DNA of 64,000 bases from Candidatus Methylomirabilia bacterium (GCA_041496385.1 JBGQEL010000002.1:32001-96000), one strand, 5' to 3'; shown: positions 30,826 to 43,048, numbered from the stretch's first letter. Made by a program: numbers and translations. Notes: a model not told the origin generated them from the sequence alone.

Positions 30826-31713
30826 CTAGACCTTCTCGACGTCCTTCTTGCCCATGAGACCCGTCGGCCGCAGAGCCAGGATCAACAAAATGAACAGGAA
30901 GGTGATGCCTTCCTTCAGGTTCGAGCTGATGACGCCGAAGAACTGCTCGAGCAGGCCGATCACGAGGCCGCCGATGAGAATGCCGATCGGGTTCTCGAGG
31001 CCGCCAAAGATCGCCGCGGCGAACGCCTTGATGCCGGGCACGGTGCCCATGTACGCCCACGCGAAGGTGATCGGCGCGATCAGGACCCCCCCGAGCCCCG
31101 CCATGGCGGACGAGATGACGAACGCGAGCACGATCATCCGCTGCACGTTGATCCCCATCACCGCCGCGGCGTTCCGGTTGTGGGCGACGGCGGTGAGCGC
31201 CTTACCGAGGACGGCGCGCTTGAGAAAGATCTGGACGAGCAGCACGGTGCCGATGGCGGCGACGATGATGAAGAGCTCCTGGGGGAAGATGCCGGCCTGG
31301 CCGAACCGGAGGACCGTGTCGCCGAAGGGCGACGGGAACTTGATCTGCTCGGGCCCCCAGAGCTGCACCGCCGCGTTTTTCAGAATGATGCTGACGGCGA
31401 CCGTGGAGAGCACCCACGACAGCGAGAGCGCGTGGCGGAGGACGGGGCGAATCGCCACGCGTTCGAGGCCGACGCCCATGAGCCCGACGAGCAGCACCGC
31501 GCCCCCGATCGCGACCGCGTACGGCAGGCCCAGCGTCACATAACATGTGAGACCGAAGAGCGCGCCTATCATCAGGAACTCGCCCTGGCCGAAGTTGAGC
31601 GCGCCCGTGGTGATGAAGGTGACGTAGTAGCCCTGGGCGATCAGCGCATACACGCTACCGACGGAGAGGCCGCTCACGAGGGCCTGCCAGAGCTTGACGA
31701 GTAGAGCGTCCAT
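30826..31713 (-). CDS. Liv-type ABC permease (LivH-like)
   Basis: GSVYALIA, LNFGQGE, AAAVMGIN, KAFAAAIFGG. Confidence 0.92.
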   Translation of the reverse strand: MDALLVKLWQALVSGLSVGSVYALIAQGYYVTFITTGALNFGQGEFLMIGALFGLTCYVTLGLPYAVAIGGAVLLVGLMGVGLERVAIRPVLRHALSLSWVLSTVAVSIILKNAAVQLWGPEQIKFPSPFGDTVLRFGQAGIFPQELFIIVAAIGTVLLVQIFLKRAVLGKALTAVAHNRNAAAVMGINVQRMIVLAFVISSAMAGLGGVLIAPITFAWAYMGTVPGIKAFAAAIFGGLENPIGILIGGLVIGLLEQFFGVISSNLKEGITFLFILLILALRPTGLMGKKDVEKV

Positions 31714-31780
31714 GGGTCCCGGGTGACGCGACGGGGCCGCCGCGGGGCAGCCCCGCCGTCCGAGGGTCGCCGGCGACGGG

Positions 31781-32935
31781 TCAGTCGGCGCGAACCAGCT
31801 TGCCGTTCTTCCAGACGGCCAGGAAGCCGCTCTCGCGACCGAGGGCCTCATGGTTGTCCTTGCTGTACGGCCGCGGCTTCATCTTGGTGACGGGATCGGT
31901 GAAATCGCTGATCTCCTCGAGCGCGTCGCGGATCTTCTTCGGGTCCGGCCCGACGCGGTCGAGCGCGCGCAGCACCAGGCGGGCGCCGTCATAGGTCTGC
32001 GCCGTCGCCACCGGGTGGAAGTCGCCGCCCTGGTCCTTGAACCGCTGGTCGACCTTGGCGTGGAGCTTCTTGGCGTTCTCGCTGTGGTCCGGCGTGTACG
32101 AGGTGACCGCCATGACCCCCTCGACGAGGTCCTTGCCGCCGAGCTTCAGGAAGTTCGGCGCGATGAGCGCCCACGTCGACGTCCACGGCGTCTTGAGCCC
32201 GACCTTCTGCATGCTCTTCGCGATCTGCACGCCCGCGGGCGCCAGCGAGTAGGAGATGATGAAGTCCGCCTTCGCGTCCTTCATCTTCGTGAGCTGCGAG
32301 GTCATGTCGGTGTCGTTCTGGTCGAAGACCTCGGGTCCCGCGACGACCTGGATGTTCGCTTCCTTCATGAGCCGGATCGCCGTGTCGCGGCCGCTCTGCC
32401 CCCAGCCCGTCGAGTCGTGCATGAGCCCGACGCGCTGGTACTTCTTTTTCTGGATGTGGTCGATCATGAACGAGGTCTGGATGCCGTCGTTCAGCGACAC
32501 GCGGAAAATGTAGCTCTTCGGCGCCTTCGCGTACCGCTCGATGATCGGCTCCGCGGTGGCGATCGTGTCCATCAACGGCACTTCCATCTTCTGGGCGATG
32601 TCGATGATGGCGAGCGCCACGCCCGAGTTGACCGGCCCGACGACGGCGAAGGCCTTGTCGCGGGTGATCATCCGGGTGATGTTCTCGACGCCCTTGGCCG
32701 GCTTGGTCTCATCGTCGTAGACGACCATCTCGACCTTCTGGCCCTTGTACCCGCCCCGGGCGTTGTACTCCTCTACCGCGAGCGTCAGGCCCATCAGCGC
32801 CGCCTTGCCGTAGTCGTCGGTCCCGCCGGTCAGCGAGAGCGTCGAGCCGATCTTGAGGTCGGCGGCGACGACCGGCGCCGCCAGCAGCAGGAGCAGGGCC
32901 AGGACGAGAACGCCTGTCTTCTTCGGATCCGGCAT
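31781..32935 (-). CDS. Liv-type ABC substrate-binding protein
   Basis: Signal peptide, SLTG, NARGG, YDD, VVGPVNSG; GGAGG RBS. Confidence 0.92.
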   Translation of the reverse strand: MPDPKKTGVLVLALLLLLAAPVVAADLKIGSTLSLTGGTDDYGKAALMGLTLAVEEYNARGGYKGQKVEMVVYDDETKPAKGVENITRMITRDKAFAVVGPVNSGVALAIIDIAQKMEVPLMDTIATAEPIIERYAKAPKSYIFRVSLNDGIQTSFMIDHIQKKKYQRVGLMHDSTGWGQSGRDTAIRLMKEANIQVVAGPEVFDQNDTDMTSQLTKMKDAKADFIISYSLAPAGVQIAKSMQKVGLKTPWTSTWALIAPNFLKLGGKDLVEGVMAVTSYTPDHSENAKKLHAKVDQRFKDQGGDFHPVATAQTYDGARLVLRALDRVGPDPKKIRDALEEISDFTDPVTKMKPRPYSKDNHEALGRESGFLAVWKNGKLVRAD

Positions 32936-33003
32936 ATGTGGGTCCCTCCAGGACGTGACGTCGGGCGCCCCGGCCGGGCGCGGCGTCGCAGAATCGCGTC
33001 GCG

Positions 33004-33032
33004 ACGATATGCGGAGGCGCCATGGTTGTCAA
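33004..33032 (-). promoter_or_regulatory. Sigma70 promoter of the Liv operon
   Basis: Reverse strand TTGACA (33027-33032), 17 bp, TATCGT (33004-33009). Confidence 0.7.
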
Positions 33033-33076
33033 GGACGCCCTCGTCGGGCAAGATGGGCGGGCGAAGGGAGATCCTC

Positions 33077-34159
33077 ATGCACGTCGGGATGGCCACCGTT
33101 TTCCAGAATCCGAAGCGCGGGCGCAGCGACCACGAGGTCTACCGCAACGAGCTGCGGCTCGCGGATCTCGCCGAGCCGCTCGGCTTCGACTCGATCTGGG
33201 GCGTCGAGCACCACTTCACCGACTACACGATGTGCCCCGACGTCCTGCAGTTCCTCACCTACATGGCCGGGCGCACGCGGACGGCGAAGCTCGGCTCGAT
33301 GGTCGTCGTGCTGCCCTGGCACGACCCGATGCGCGTCGCCGAAGAGGTGTCGATGCTCGACAACATCTGCGACGGCCGGCTCATCCTGGGGCTGGGACGC
33401 GGCGCGGGCCGGGTCGAGTTCGACGGCTTCCGCCTCTCCATGGACGAGTCGCGCGAGCGCTTCGTCGAATCGGCCGAGATGCTGCTGCGCGGCCTGGAGA
33501 CCGGCTTCTGCGAGTACGCGGGCCGGTTCGTCCGGCAGCCGAGGGCCGCGATCCGGCCGGCGCCGTTCAAGAGCTTCCGCGGCCGCACCTACGCGGCGGC
33601 GGTCTCGCCCGAGTCGCTGCCCATCATGGCGGCGCTCGGCATCGGCATGCTGATCATCCCGCAGAAGCCCTGGCACGAGGTCGCGAAGGAGCTCGACGTC
33701 TACCGGACCGAGTACCGCCGGGTCAACGGCGCCGAGGCGCCGCCGCCGGTCTGCGCCGGCTGGACCTTCTGCGACGAGAGCGCCGAGCGCGCCCACGAGC
33801 AGGCGCGCCGCTGGATCGGCGGCTACTACCAGACGGTCCTCGACCACTACCAGTTCGCGGGCGACCACCTCAAGACGACGAAGGGCTACGAGTACTACGG
33901 CAAGATGGCCGAGAAGATCGAGACCTACGGCACCGACAAGGTGATCGACTACTTCATGAACCTCCAGGTGTGGGGCACGCCCGAGCAGTGCTACGCGAAG
34001 ATCCTCGACGTGCGGCGCCGCGTCGGCCACGAGACGTTCGTCGGCGTCTTCAGCTACGCCGGCATGGAGTACGGCGAGGCGGAGCGCAACATGCGCCTCT
34101 TCGCCCGGACGGTGATGCCCGAGCTTCGCCGGCTCGCACCCGAGCCCGCGCTCGCCTGA
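33077..34159 (+). CDS. LLM-class flavin-dependent oxidoreductase
   Basis: LGFDSIWGVEHHF, VLPWHDPMRVAEE, GRLILGLGRG, GTPEQC. Confidence 0.92.
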   Translation: MHVGMATVFQNPKRGRSDHEVYRNELRLADLAEPLGFDSIWGVEHHFTDYTMCPDVLQFLTYMAGRTRTAKLGSMVVVLPWHDPMRVAEEVSMLDNICDGRLILGLGRGAGRVEFDGFRLSMDESRERFVESAEMLLRGLETGFCEYAGRFVRQPRAAIRPAPFKSFRGRTYAAAVSPESLPIMAALGIGMLIIPQKPWHEVAKELDVYRTEYRRVNGAEAPPPVCAGWTFCDESAERAHEQARRWIGGYYQTVLDHYQFAGDHLKTTKGYEYYGKMAEKIETYGTDKVIDYFMNLQVWGTPEQCYAKILDVRRRVGHETFVGVFSYAGMEYGEAERNMRLFARTVMPELRRLAPEPALA

Positions 34160-35019
34160 TGGCCTTCGCCGAGATCCGCTACGACGTGGCCGAGTCCGTC
34201 GCCACGGTGACGCTGCACCGCCCCGAGAAGCTCAACGCGGTCACGACCACCATGATCGACGAGCTGCTCGAGGCGCTGGACCGGGCCGACGCCGACGACG
34301 GCGTGCGCGCCGTGATCGTCACGGGCAGCGGCCGCGCCTTCTGCGCGGGCGCCGACCTGTCGGCCGGAAGCGGGACCTTCGACGCGACGGCGCGCGACCG
34401 CGCCGAGCGCGCGGAGGACCACGAGGACGGCGGCGGGCGCGTCACGCTCCGCCTCTTCGACCTGACGAAGCCCGTGATCGCGGCGATCAACGGCCCGGCC
34501 GTCGGCTTCGGCGTCACGCTCACGCTGCCGATGGACGTCCGGATCGCGTCGGCGACGGCGCGCCTCGGCTTCGTCTTCGCCCGGCGCGGCGTCGTGCCCG
34601 AGGCCTGCTCGACGTGGTTCCTCCCGCGCCTCGTCGGGATCGCGCGGGCCGCCGAGTGGGTCTACACCAGGCGCGTCTTCGACGCGGAGGAGGCGCGCGC
34701 CGGCGGCCTCGTGAGCCGTGTCGTCGCGCCCGACGCGCTGCTCCCGACCGCGCGCGCCCTGGCGCGCGAGATCGCCGACAACACCTCCGCGGTCTCCGTC
34801 GCCCTCGCGCGCCAGATGCTCTGGAAACTGCTCGGCGCCGAGCACCCGATGGAGGCGCACCGCCTCGACTCGCAGGGGATGTTCTGGACGGGCCGCTCCG
34901 CCGACGCCCGCGAGGGCGTCGGCGCCTTCCTCGAGAAGCGTCCGGCGCGCTTCGCGAGCGGGCCGAGCAAGGACATGCCGCCCTTCTACCCGTGGTGGAC
35001 GCCGAGGACCTTCCGGTGA
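34159..35019 (+). CDS. Enoyl-CoA hydratase/isomerase family protein
   Basis: RPEKLNA, AFCAGADL, KPVIAAING, DAREGVGAFLEKR; TGATG coupling. Confidence 0.92.
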   Translation: MAFAEIRYDVAESVATVTLHRPEKLNAVTTTMIDELLEALDRADADDGVRAVIVTGSGRAFCAGADLSAGSGTFDATARDRAERAEDHEDGGGRVTLRLFDLTKPVIAAINGPAVGFGVTLTLPMDVRIASATARLGFVFARRGVVPEACSTWFLPRLVGIARAAEWVYTRRVFDAEEARAGGLVSRVVAPDALLPTARALAREIADNTSAVSVALARQMLWKLLGAEHPMEAHRLDSQGMFWTGRSADAREGVGAFLEKRPARFASGPSKDMPPFYPWWTPRTFR

Positions 35020-35870
35020 CGCCGCTCGCGGTCTACCTGCCGTTCAACCGCGACTGCCTCCGCGGCGAGTTCACGCCCGCCAAGCGCGGCGGCACGCCCC
35101 CGGACCGGCGCGGCCACTGGCTCGTCGTCCAGGATCAGAAGCTCGTTGTCGCGGACGAGGGCGACGGCTTCCGGCTGCCGACGGGCGAGGCGGGCTTCGG
35201 CAACGCACTCGGGCCCGCGCACTGGCTCGGCACGTGGGCGGACACGCCGTGCTGGGTCGCGGGGCTCCCGAAGGACGCGCCCGTCCCGCCGGGCTTTCAC
35301 GCCGAGACCCTCGTCCCCATGCAGGGCACGCGCCTGCCCGACGACCTCCTCTCGCTCGGCGGCATGGCCATGCAGCTCCTGTACTGGGAGGGGACGAGCC
35401 GTCACTGCCCGCGTTGCGGCGCGGCGACGGAGCGCCTCGAGGGCGAATGGGGCAAGCGCTGCCCCGCCTGCCGCTACGAGCACTACCCGCACCTCCACCC
35501 CGCGGTGATCGTGCTCGTGCGCGACGGCGAGCGCGTGCTCCTCGCGCGCAAGTCGATGTGGGCGCCAGGTCGCTACGCGCTCGTCGCGGGGTTCGTGGAC
35601 AACGGCGAGTCGCTGGAGGGCGCCGTCGCGCGCGAGGTCAAGGAAGAGGTCGGCGTTGACGTGAAGGACATCCAGTACGTCGGGAGCCAGAACTGGCCCT
35701 TCCCGAGCCAGCTCATGATCGGCTTCGTCGCCCACTACGCGGGCGGCGAGATCGCCATCGACACGGAAGAGCTGGAGGACGCGCGCTGGTTTCCGTGCAC
35801 GGACCTGCCGACCGGGCCCGCGCGCCATTCGATCGCCGGCTGGATCATCGAGCACTACGCGCGCCGCTAG
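35016..35870 (+). CDS. nudC: NAD(+)/NADH diphosphatase (NudC)
   Basis: CPRC...CPAC zinc finger, Nudix box AGFVDNGESLEGAVAREVKEEVG, SQNWPFPS. Confidence 0.88.
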   Translation: MTPLAVYLPFNRDCLRGEFTPAKRGGTPPDRRGHWLVVQDQKLVVADEGDGFRLPTGEAGFGNALGPAHWLGTWADTPCWVAGLPKDAPVPPGFHAETLVPMQGTRLPDDLLSLGGMAMQLLYWEGTSRHCPRCGAATERLEGEWGKRCPACRYEHYPHLHPAVIVLVRDGERVLLARKSMWAPGRYALVAGFVDNGESLEGAVAREVKEEVGVDVKDIQYVGSQNWPFPSQLMIGFVAHYAGGEIAIDTEELEDARWFPCTDLPTGPARHSIAGWIIEHYARR

Positions 35871-35877
35871 CGCGGGA

Positions 35878-36345
35878 TCAGACCGCGCGCTCGAAGCCGT
35901 ACTCCCGCGTCTGATTCGGATCGTGGGGCAGCGTCCGCGTGCCGGTCTTCCGGAAGCCCATGCGCGCGTAGAGCCGATGGGCCTGCTCGAACCGCGTGTC
36001 CGACCAGAGCACGAGCCGCGAGACCGCCCCGACCCGGCACCACGCGAGGACCGCCTCGACGAGCGCCCGGCCGGCGCCCCGACCGCGCAGGTGGGCGTCG
36101 AGGTAGAGCCGGTGGAGCTCCGCGGCGGCCCCGGGGAGCCGCTCGACACCCGCCGAGCCGACGATCACGCCCTCGTGGTGGACGACGAAGAAGGCGCCCC
36201 GCGGCGGCGCGTAGTGGCGCTCGAACGCGAAGAGGTCGGGCAGCTCCGCGGCCGGCTCGAAGACGAAGCCGTACTCCGCGTACACGCGCCCGATGAGGGC
36301 GATCACGCCCGGGACGTTCGCGCGATCGGCCGGCGTCACGTTCAT
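35878..36345 (-). CDS. GNAT N-acetyltransferase
   Basis: ELHRLYL...RGRGAG, AHRLYARMGF. Confidence 0.88.
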   Translation of the reverse strand: MNVTPADRANVPGVIALIGRVYAEYGFVFEPAAELPDLFAFERHYAPPRGAFFVVHHEGVIVGSAGVERLPGAAAELHRLYLDAHLRGRGAGRALVEAVLAWCRVGAVSRLVLWSDTRFEQAHRLYARMGFRKTGTRTLPHDPNQTREYGFERAV

Positions 36346-37199
36346 ACCGTCCTCCTGGGAAGCACGATGATCGCCAGGCCGAGCAGCACCAGCGCCATGC
36401 CCGCGAGCCGGTACGGGCCGAAGCGCTCGCCGAACACGATCGACGACGAGCAGGCGCCGACGAACGGCACCAGGAGCGCGAACGGCGCGACGGTCGCCGC
36501 GGTGTAGCGGCGCAGCAGGCCGCCCCAGATCGCGTAGGCGACGACGGTCGCCACGAGGCCGAGGTAGACCGTGGCGCCGACGCCGAGCCACGAGGCCGTC
36601 GAGACCGCCCGCCCGAGCGACGCCGGTCCGTCGAGCAGCATCGACAGCGCGAGCGCGGGGAACGGCGGCACCAGGCTGAGCCATACCATGAGATTCAGCA
36701 TCTCGACTGCGGCGAGCCGCTTCAGCAGGACGTTGCCGATCCCCCAGCTCACGGCCGACAGCATCGCGAGGCCGAAGCCCACGAGCGCCAGATCATGCCC
36801 CGCCGTGAGCGCGATCGAGACGAGACCCGCGCCCGCGACGCCCATTCCGATCACGTGTCGCCGCGTCGGCCGCTCCCGAAGCACCAGGGCCGCGAACAGG
36901 ACCGTGAAGAAGGCCTGCGTCTGAACGGCGACCGCGGCGAGCCCGGGCGGCATGCCGTGCGCGATGCCGAAGAACTGGAACAGGAACTGGCCGGCGAAGA
37001 GCGTCAGGCCGATCGGCACGAGTGCCGACCAGGGGACCGCCGGGCGCGCGAGCGACAGGGCGGGAACGGACGCGATCAGGAATCGCATGACGGTCAGCTG
37101 GGGCGGCGAGAAGCTCTCGAGCCCGATCTTGGTCGCGACGAACGCGACCCCCCAGACGACCGCGACGAGCACCCCGAGCGCGATGTGGCGCGGGCTCAC
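36342..37199 (-). CDS. EamA/DMT-family exporter
   Basis: [29 protein letters not shown]; about 10 TM segments. Confidence 0.9.
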   Translation of the reverse strand: MSPRHIALGVLVAVVWGVAFVATKIGLESFSPPQLTVMRFLIASVPALSLARPAVPWSALVPIGLTLFAGQFLFQFFGIAHGMPPGLAAVAVQTQAFFTVLFAALVLRERPTRRHVIGMGVAGAGLVSIALTAGHDLALVGFGLAMLSAVSWGIGNVLLKRLAAVEMLNLMVWLSLVPPFPALALSMLLDGPASLGRAVSTASWLGVGATVYLGLVATVVAYAIWGGLLRRYTAATVAPFALLVPFVGACSSSIVFGERFGPYRLAGMALVLLGLAIIVLPRRTV

Positions 37200-37218
37200 G
37201 GCCGCCGCGCGCCCGGGC

Positions 37219-38121
37219 TCAGCGCACGACGCGAAGACCGCCGGGCCGGACGGAGATCGTCACGGGCGCCTGTCCGGCGGCTTCGCCGTCAGCGTGGACC
37301 GGCAGCTCGGTCTCGATGGTCACCGACCGCTCGCGCCGCACCGTCACCTTCGGGTTCCGGACGTGAGCGCCGCGGTAGACGGCCGGAAGCCAGCGGAGCA
37401 GCTCGAGCCGGCCGAGGGCGCCGAGCACGACGAGGTCGAGCAGGCCGTCGCACGGGTCGGCGCCGGGCGCGATCTTCATTCCCCCGCCGTAGTGCGCGCC
37501 GTTGGCGGCCACCGCCATCGTGAGCCGACCCGACCACACGATCCGTCCGTCCGCCCGGATCACCGCGGGCGCCGCGCGGTACGTGCCCACGGTCTCGAGC
37601 ACCGCGGCGACGTACGGCACGGTGCCGCCCCAGTGCCAGGCGGCCGCGCGCCGCGCGACGACGGCGTCGAACCCGACGCCCGCGGCGTTCAGGAAGCAGC
37701 GCAGCCGCCCGTCGGCCCAGCTCACGACGCCCAGGTCCACCCGCCGCGCCTCGCCCGCGAGCGCGCGGTCGAGCGCGACGCGCGGATCGGGCGCGAAGCC
37801 GAGGTTGCGACACGCGTCGCGCCCGCGCCCGGTGACGATCGCGCCGAGCGCGGGCGCGGCCTCGCTCCCGGCGCGCGCGAGGCCGTTCGCGACCTCGTTC
37901 AGCGTGCCGTCGCCGCCCACCGCGACCACCACGGGCCAGCCCTCCGCCGCGGCCTTCCGCGCGAGCGCCGTGGCCTCGCCGGGCGCCCGCGTCTCCGCGA
38001 CGGCGCACGCCGGCGCGCGCCGCGCCAGCTCCGCCCGCAGCCCGGGCCAGATCCGGCGCGTGCGCCCGCCGCCGGCCGCGGGGTTCACGACGAAGAATGC
38101 GCGCGGGGCGGGCCCTTCCAT
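37219..38121 (-). CDS. Diacylglycerol/lipid kinase family (YegS/DAGK-like)
   Basis: [29 protein letters not shown]. Confidence 0.9.
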   Translation of the reverse strand: MEGPAPRAFFVVNPAAGGGRTRRIWPGLRAELARRAPACAVAETRAPGEATALARKAAAEGWPVVVAVGGDGTLNEVANGLARAGSEAAPALGAIVTGRGRDACRNLGFAPDPRVALDRALAGEARRVDLGVVSWADGRLRCFLNAAGVGFDAVVARRAAAWHWGGTVPYVAAVLETVGTYRAAPAVIRADGRIVWSGRLTMAVAANGAHYGGGMKIAPGADPCDGLLDLVVLGALGRLELLRWLPAVYRGAHVRNPKVTVRRERSVTIETELPVHADGEAAGQAPVTISVRPGGLRVVR

Positions 38122-38175
38122 TTCGCTGGCGGGAGGATACAATCGGGGGCGCACCAAAGCCAGGGGAGGCCCCAC

Positions 38176-39384
<1,209 letters not shown>

Positions 39385-39407
39385 GGCGGAGCGCCGGAGG
39401 CTCGGCG

Positions 39408-41426
39408 ATGCCGCAGACGGCCGGCGTCCGCGTGGGTGTGGACGTCGGCGGCACCTTCACCGACCTCGTGGCCTGGGACGCCGCGGGACGGATGAACACG
39501 CTCAAGGTCCCGACGACACCCCGGAACCCGGCCGGCGGCGTGCTCGACGGCCTCGCGGCCATCGCGCGCGCGGCCGGCTCCTGCGCGTCGCTCGCCCACG
39601 GGACGACCCTCGTCACCAACGCCATCGTCGAGCGGCGGGTCGGACCCGTCGGCCTCGTCACCACGCGGGGCTTCCGCGACGTCCTCGAGATCGGGCGCAT
39701 GAACCGCTCGCACCTCTACCGGCTCGATCTGCCCGCCAGGCCCGAGCCCCTCGTGCCTCGACGGCTCCGCGCCGAGGTCGACGAGCGCGTCGGCCCGGAC
39801 GGCTCGGTGCTCACGCCGCTCGACCTCGGCGGGCTGCCGGAGATCATCGAGCGCTTTCGGCGCGAGGGCGTCGAGAGCGTGGCGGTCTGCCTGCTCCACG
39901 CCTACGCGAACCCTGCCCACGAGCAGGCGCTCCGCCTGGCGCTGGCCGCGCATTTCGCCCACGTGTCCGTCTCGAGCGAGATCAACGCCGAGTTCCGGGA
40001 GTACGAGCGGACGTGCACGACAGTGCTCAACGCGGCGGTGATGCCGCTGGCGGCGCGCTACCTCGACGACCTGGCGGCCCGTCTCGCGGCCGGGGCCGGT
40101 GCGGTGCCGCTCCATCTCCTCCACTCCGCGGGCGGCATGATGTCGGTGGACGCGGCGCGGGCGCGGCCGCTCACGATGGCCATGTCCGGCCCCGCCGCCG
40201 GCGTGGCGGCGGCCGCCTACCTGAGTCGCGCGCTCGGCCTTCCCCGGGCGCTCGCCTTCGATATGGGCGGCACCACCACCGACGTCTGCCTCATCGCCGA
40301 CGGCGCGCCGGAGACGGCGCGCCAGCGGAAGCTCGGCGACTACCCCGTGCGGCTGCCGGCGGTCGCCGTCGAGTCGATCGGCGCCGGCGGGGGATCGATC
40401 GCCTGGGTCGAGGCCACCGGCGCGCTCAAGGTCGGGCCGCGGAGCGCCGGGGCCGTGCCCGGGCCGGCGTGCTACGGCCTCGGTGGAACGGAGCCCACGG
40501 TCAGCGACGCCAATCTGATCCTGGGCTATCTCAACCCCGAGCGGATCTACGGGGGATCGATCCGCCTCGATCGCGCGCGCGCCGAGCGGGCGCTCGAGCC
40601 CCTCCGCCGCCGCTTCGGGCTCTCGCTCCTCGACGCGGCGCACGCCGTCGTCGAGGTCGCGAACGCCAACATGCAGCGTGCGCTGCGGCTCGTCTCGGTG
40701 CAGCGCGGCTACGATCTGCGCGAGTTCACGCTGATCGCCTACGGCGGCGCCGGGCCCGTGCACGCGGGCGCGCTCGCGCGCGAGGCCGGGATCGCGCGCA
40801 TCGTCGTGCCCGCGCACTCCGGCGCCTTCTCGGCGCTCGGCTGCCTCGTCTCTCCGCTCCGCTACGACGCGGTGCAGACCCACCGGATGCGCCTCGAAGC
40901 CTGGGAGGGGAAGATCGTCGCCGACCGCTTCCGAGGGCTGGAGGCGCAGTGTGTGGCGCCGCTCCTCGACGAGGGGCATTCCGCCGACCGCCTGCTGGTC
41001 CGGCGAAGCGCCGATCTCCGCTACGCCGGCCAGAACTACGAGCTGGAGGTCGACGGGGGCGACGGCACCCCGGACGCGCTGCGCGCGACGTTCGAGCGGC
41101 GCCACCGCCAGCTCTACGGCTACGCGAGCGGCGAGAGCGTCGAGTGCGTGAACCTCCGGGTGACGGCGCAGCTCGTCCGCGACGACGTCATGCTCCCACC
41201 GGTCGCGGCGGCCGTCCCCGCGGCCCTCGCGGGGACGCTCCACGCCTACTTCCGCGAGACCGGCGCCGTCACGATGCCGCGCTACGAGCGCGGAGCGCTG
41301 TCCGCCGACCAGGCGATCGCCGGCCCGGCGTTGATCGAGGACGAGTCGTCGACGACGCTCGTCTATCCGGGCCAGCGCTGCCAGGCCGATCGGCTCGGCA
41401 ACCTCCTCATCGAGGTCGGCGCGTGA
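39408..41426 (+). CDS. Hydantoinase/oxoprolinase A subunit (ATP-dependent cyclic amidase)
   Basis: DVGGTFTD, HGTT, SGPAAG, DMGGTT, GAGGGS, GPACYG. Confidence 0.93.
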   Translation: MPQTAGVRVGVDVGGTFTDLVAWDAAGRMNTLKVPTTPRNPAGGVLDGLAAIARAAGSCASLAHGTTLVTNAIVERRVGPVGLVTTRGFRDVLEIGRMNRSHLYRLDLPARPEPLVPRRLRAEVDERVGPDGSVLTPLDLGGLPEIIERFRREGVESVAVCLLHAYANPAHEQALRLALAAHFAHVSVSSEINAEFREYERTCTTVLNAAVMPLAARYLDDLAARLAAGAGAVPLHLLHSAGGMMSVDAARARPLTMAMSGPAAGVAAAAYLSRALGLPRALAFDMGGTTTDVCLIADGAPETARQRKLGDYPVRLPAVAVESIGAGGGSIAWVEATGALKVGPRSAGAVPGPACYGLGGTEPTVSDANLILGYLNPERIYGGSIRLDRARAERALEPLRRRFGLSLLDAAHAVVEVANANMQRALRLVSVQRGYDLREFTLIAYGGAGPVHAGALAREAGIARIVVPAHSGAFSALGCLVSPLRYDAVQTHRMRLEAWEGKIVADRFRGLEAQCVAPLLDEGHSADRLLVRRSADLRYAGQNYELEVDGGDGTPDALRATFERRHRQLYGYASGESVECVNLRVTAQLVRDDVMLPPVAAAVPAALAGTLHAYFRETGAVTMPRYERGALSADQAIAGPALIEDESSTTLVYPGQRCQADRLGNLLIEVGA

Positions 41427-43048
41427 ACCTCCATCCGGCGACGCTCGAGGTCGTCCGCAACGCGCTCTACGCGATCGCCGAAGAGATGAGCGTGATCGTC
41501 ATGCGCTCGGCCCGCTCGCCGCTCCTCAAGGAGGCGGGCGATCTCTCCTCGGCGCTGACCGACGACGCGGGGCGGCTCATCGCGCAGGGGCGTGACATCC
41601 CGATCCATCTGGGCGTGATGGGGTTCACGGTGAAGGAGTTCCTCAAGCGCGCGCCGCCCGCGCGGCTGCGCGAGGGCGACGTATGGTTCCTCAACCTCCC
41701 CGAGGTCGGGGGCAACCACCTGCCCGACGTGAAGGCTCTACGCCCGGTGTTCGTCGGCGGCCGGCTCGTCGCCTTCGCGATCAACCTCGCGCACTGGGCG
41801 GACATCGGCGGCGCCGTGCCGGGCAGCTACGTGCCGTGGGCGACGGAGTGTTACCAGGAGGGGCTCCGGATCGCGCCGATCCGGCTCTTTACCGCCGACG
41901 GTCCCGAGCGTGATGCGATCGATCTCGTCCTGGCCAACCTGCGCGGACGAGACGAACGCGAGGGCGATATCTTTGCCCAGTTCGCCGCCAACGACGTCGC
42001 CGCCCGGCGGCTCCAGGAGCTCTTCGGGCGCTACGGCGTCGAGACGGTCAGCGCCTGCTTCGAGCGCCTGCACACCGAGTCGGAGACGGAGATGCGGCGC
42101 GCGATCCGCGCCCTGCCCGACGGCGTCTGGGAGGGCGAGGACTGGGTCGACGACGACGGGGTCGACGATGGGCCCATCCGCATCCACGTGCGGGTCGAGA
42201 TCGCCGGCGACGAGGCTCGCTTCGACTTCAGCGGCACGGCGCCCCAGGTGCGCGGCCCCGTGAACACGACGTACTTCATCGCGTGCTCGGCGGTCTACTA
42301 CGCGATGAAGGCGCTCGTCGCGCCGGAGGTGCCGCCGAACGACGGCTGCTACCGGCCGCTGCACGTCCTGGTGCCGCCGGGCACGGTGCTGAGCGCGGAC
42401 CCCGACCGTCCGGTGGTCGGCGGCAATCACGAGACCTCGCAGCGCGTCGTGGACGCGATCATCAAGGCGCTCGCGCCCGTCCTGCCCGATCGCGTCTCCG
42501 CCGGCGGGCCGACCACGTCGGGCGTCCTGATCTTCGGCGCGCGCCAGCCGGACGGCCGCTGGGCGATCTTCTACGAGGTCCACGGCGGCGGCGAGGGTGC
42601 CACCGCAGGCAAGGACGGCGCCTCGGCGATACGCGTGCACATGTCCAACGTCATGAACACGCCGGTCGAGGTCATCGAGGGCGAGTACCCGATCATGGTC
42701 GAGGAGCAGGCGCTGCGTCCGGACTCGGGCGGCGACGGCGCGCACCGTGGCGGGCTGGGGTTCCGGCGCGCGTACCGGGTCGTGGCGCCCGAGATGACGC
42801 TCACGAGCATGCTCGACCGGCGGGTGGTGCCGCCCTACGGGCTCGCCGGCGGCCGGGATGCCGCGCCCTTCCGGATAACGCTGAACCCGGGTCCCCGCGC
42901 GCGCGTGGTCCGCGGCAAGGAGACGGTGCGCCTCACCGCCGGCGATCTGCTGGTCATCGAGACGTGCGGGGGCGGGGGCTACGGGCCCCCGGCCGCGCGG
43001 CCGGCGGAGATGCGCGCGCGCGACCGCGCGGAAGGATACGTCGGATGA
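41423..43048 (+). CDS. Hydantoinase B/oxoprolinase subunit
   Basis: PIHLG, GGNHLPD, HWADIGG, NTPVEVIE, GGGGYG; GTGA overlap. Confidence 0.93.
   Translation: MNLHPATLEVVRNALYAIAEEMSVIVMRSARSPLLKEAGDLSSALTDDAGRLIAQGRDIPIHLGVMGFTVKEFLKRAPPARLREGDVWFLNLPEVGGNHLPDVKALRPVFVGGRLVAFAINLAHWADIGGAVPGSYVPWATECYQEGLRIAPIRLFTADGPERDAIDLVLANLRGRDEREGDIFAQFAANDVAARRLQELFGRYGVETVSACFERLHTESETEMRRAIRALPDGVWEGEDWVDDDGVDDGPIRIHVRVEIAGDEARFDFSGTAPQVRGPVNTTYFIACSAVYYAMKALVAPEVPPNDGCYRPLHVLVPPGTVLSADPDRPVVGGNHETSQRVVDAIIKALAPVLPDRVSAGGPTTSGVLIFGARQPDGRWAIFYEVHGGGEGATAGKDGASAIRVHMSNVMNTPVEVIEGEYPIMVEEQALRPDSGGDGAHRGGLGFRRAYRVVAPEMTLTSMLDRRVVPPYGLAGGRDAAPFRITLNPGPRARVVRGKETVRLTAGDLLVIETCGGGGYGPPAARPAEMRARDRAEGYVG

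Noticed and set aside
31714..31780. GC-rich spacer between the binding-protein and permease genes as an ncRNA
   Set aside because: Only weak imperfect stems; at most an ordinary mRNA-stabilising hairpin
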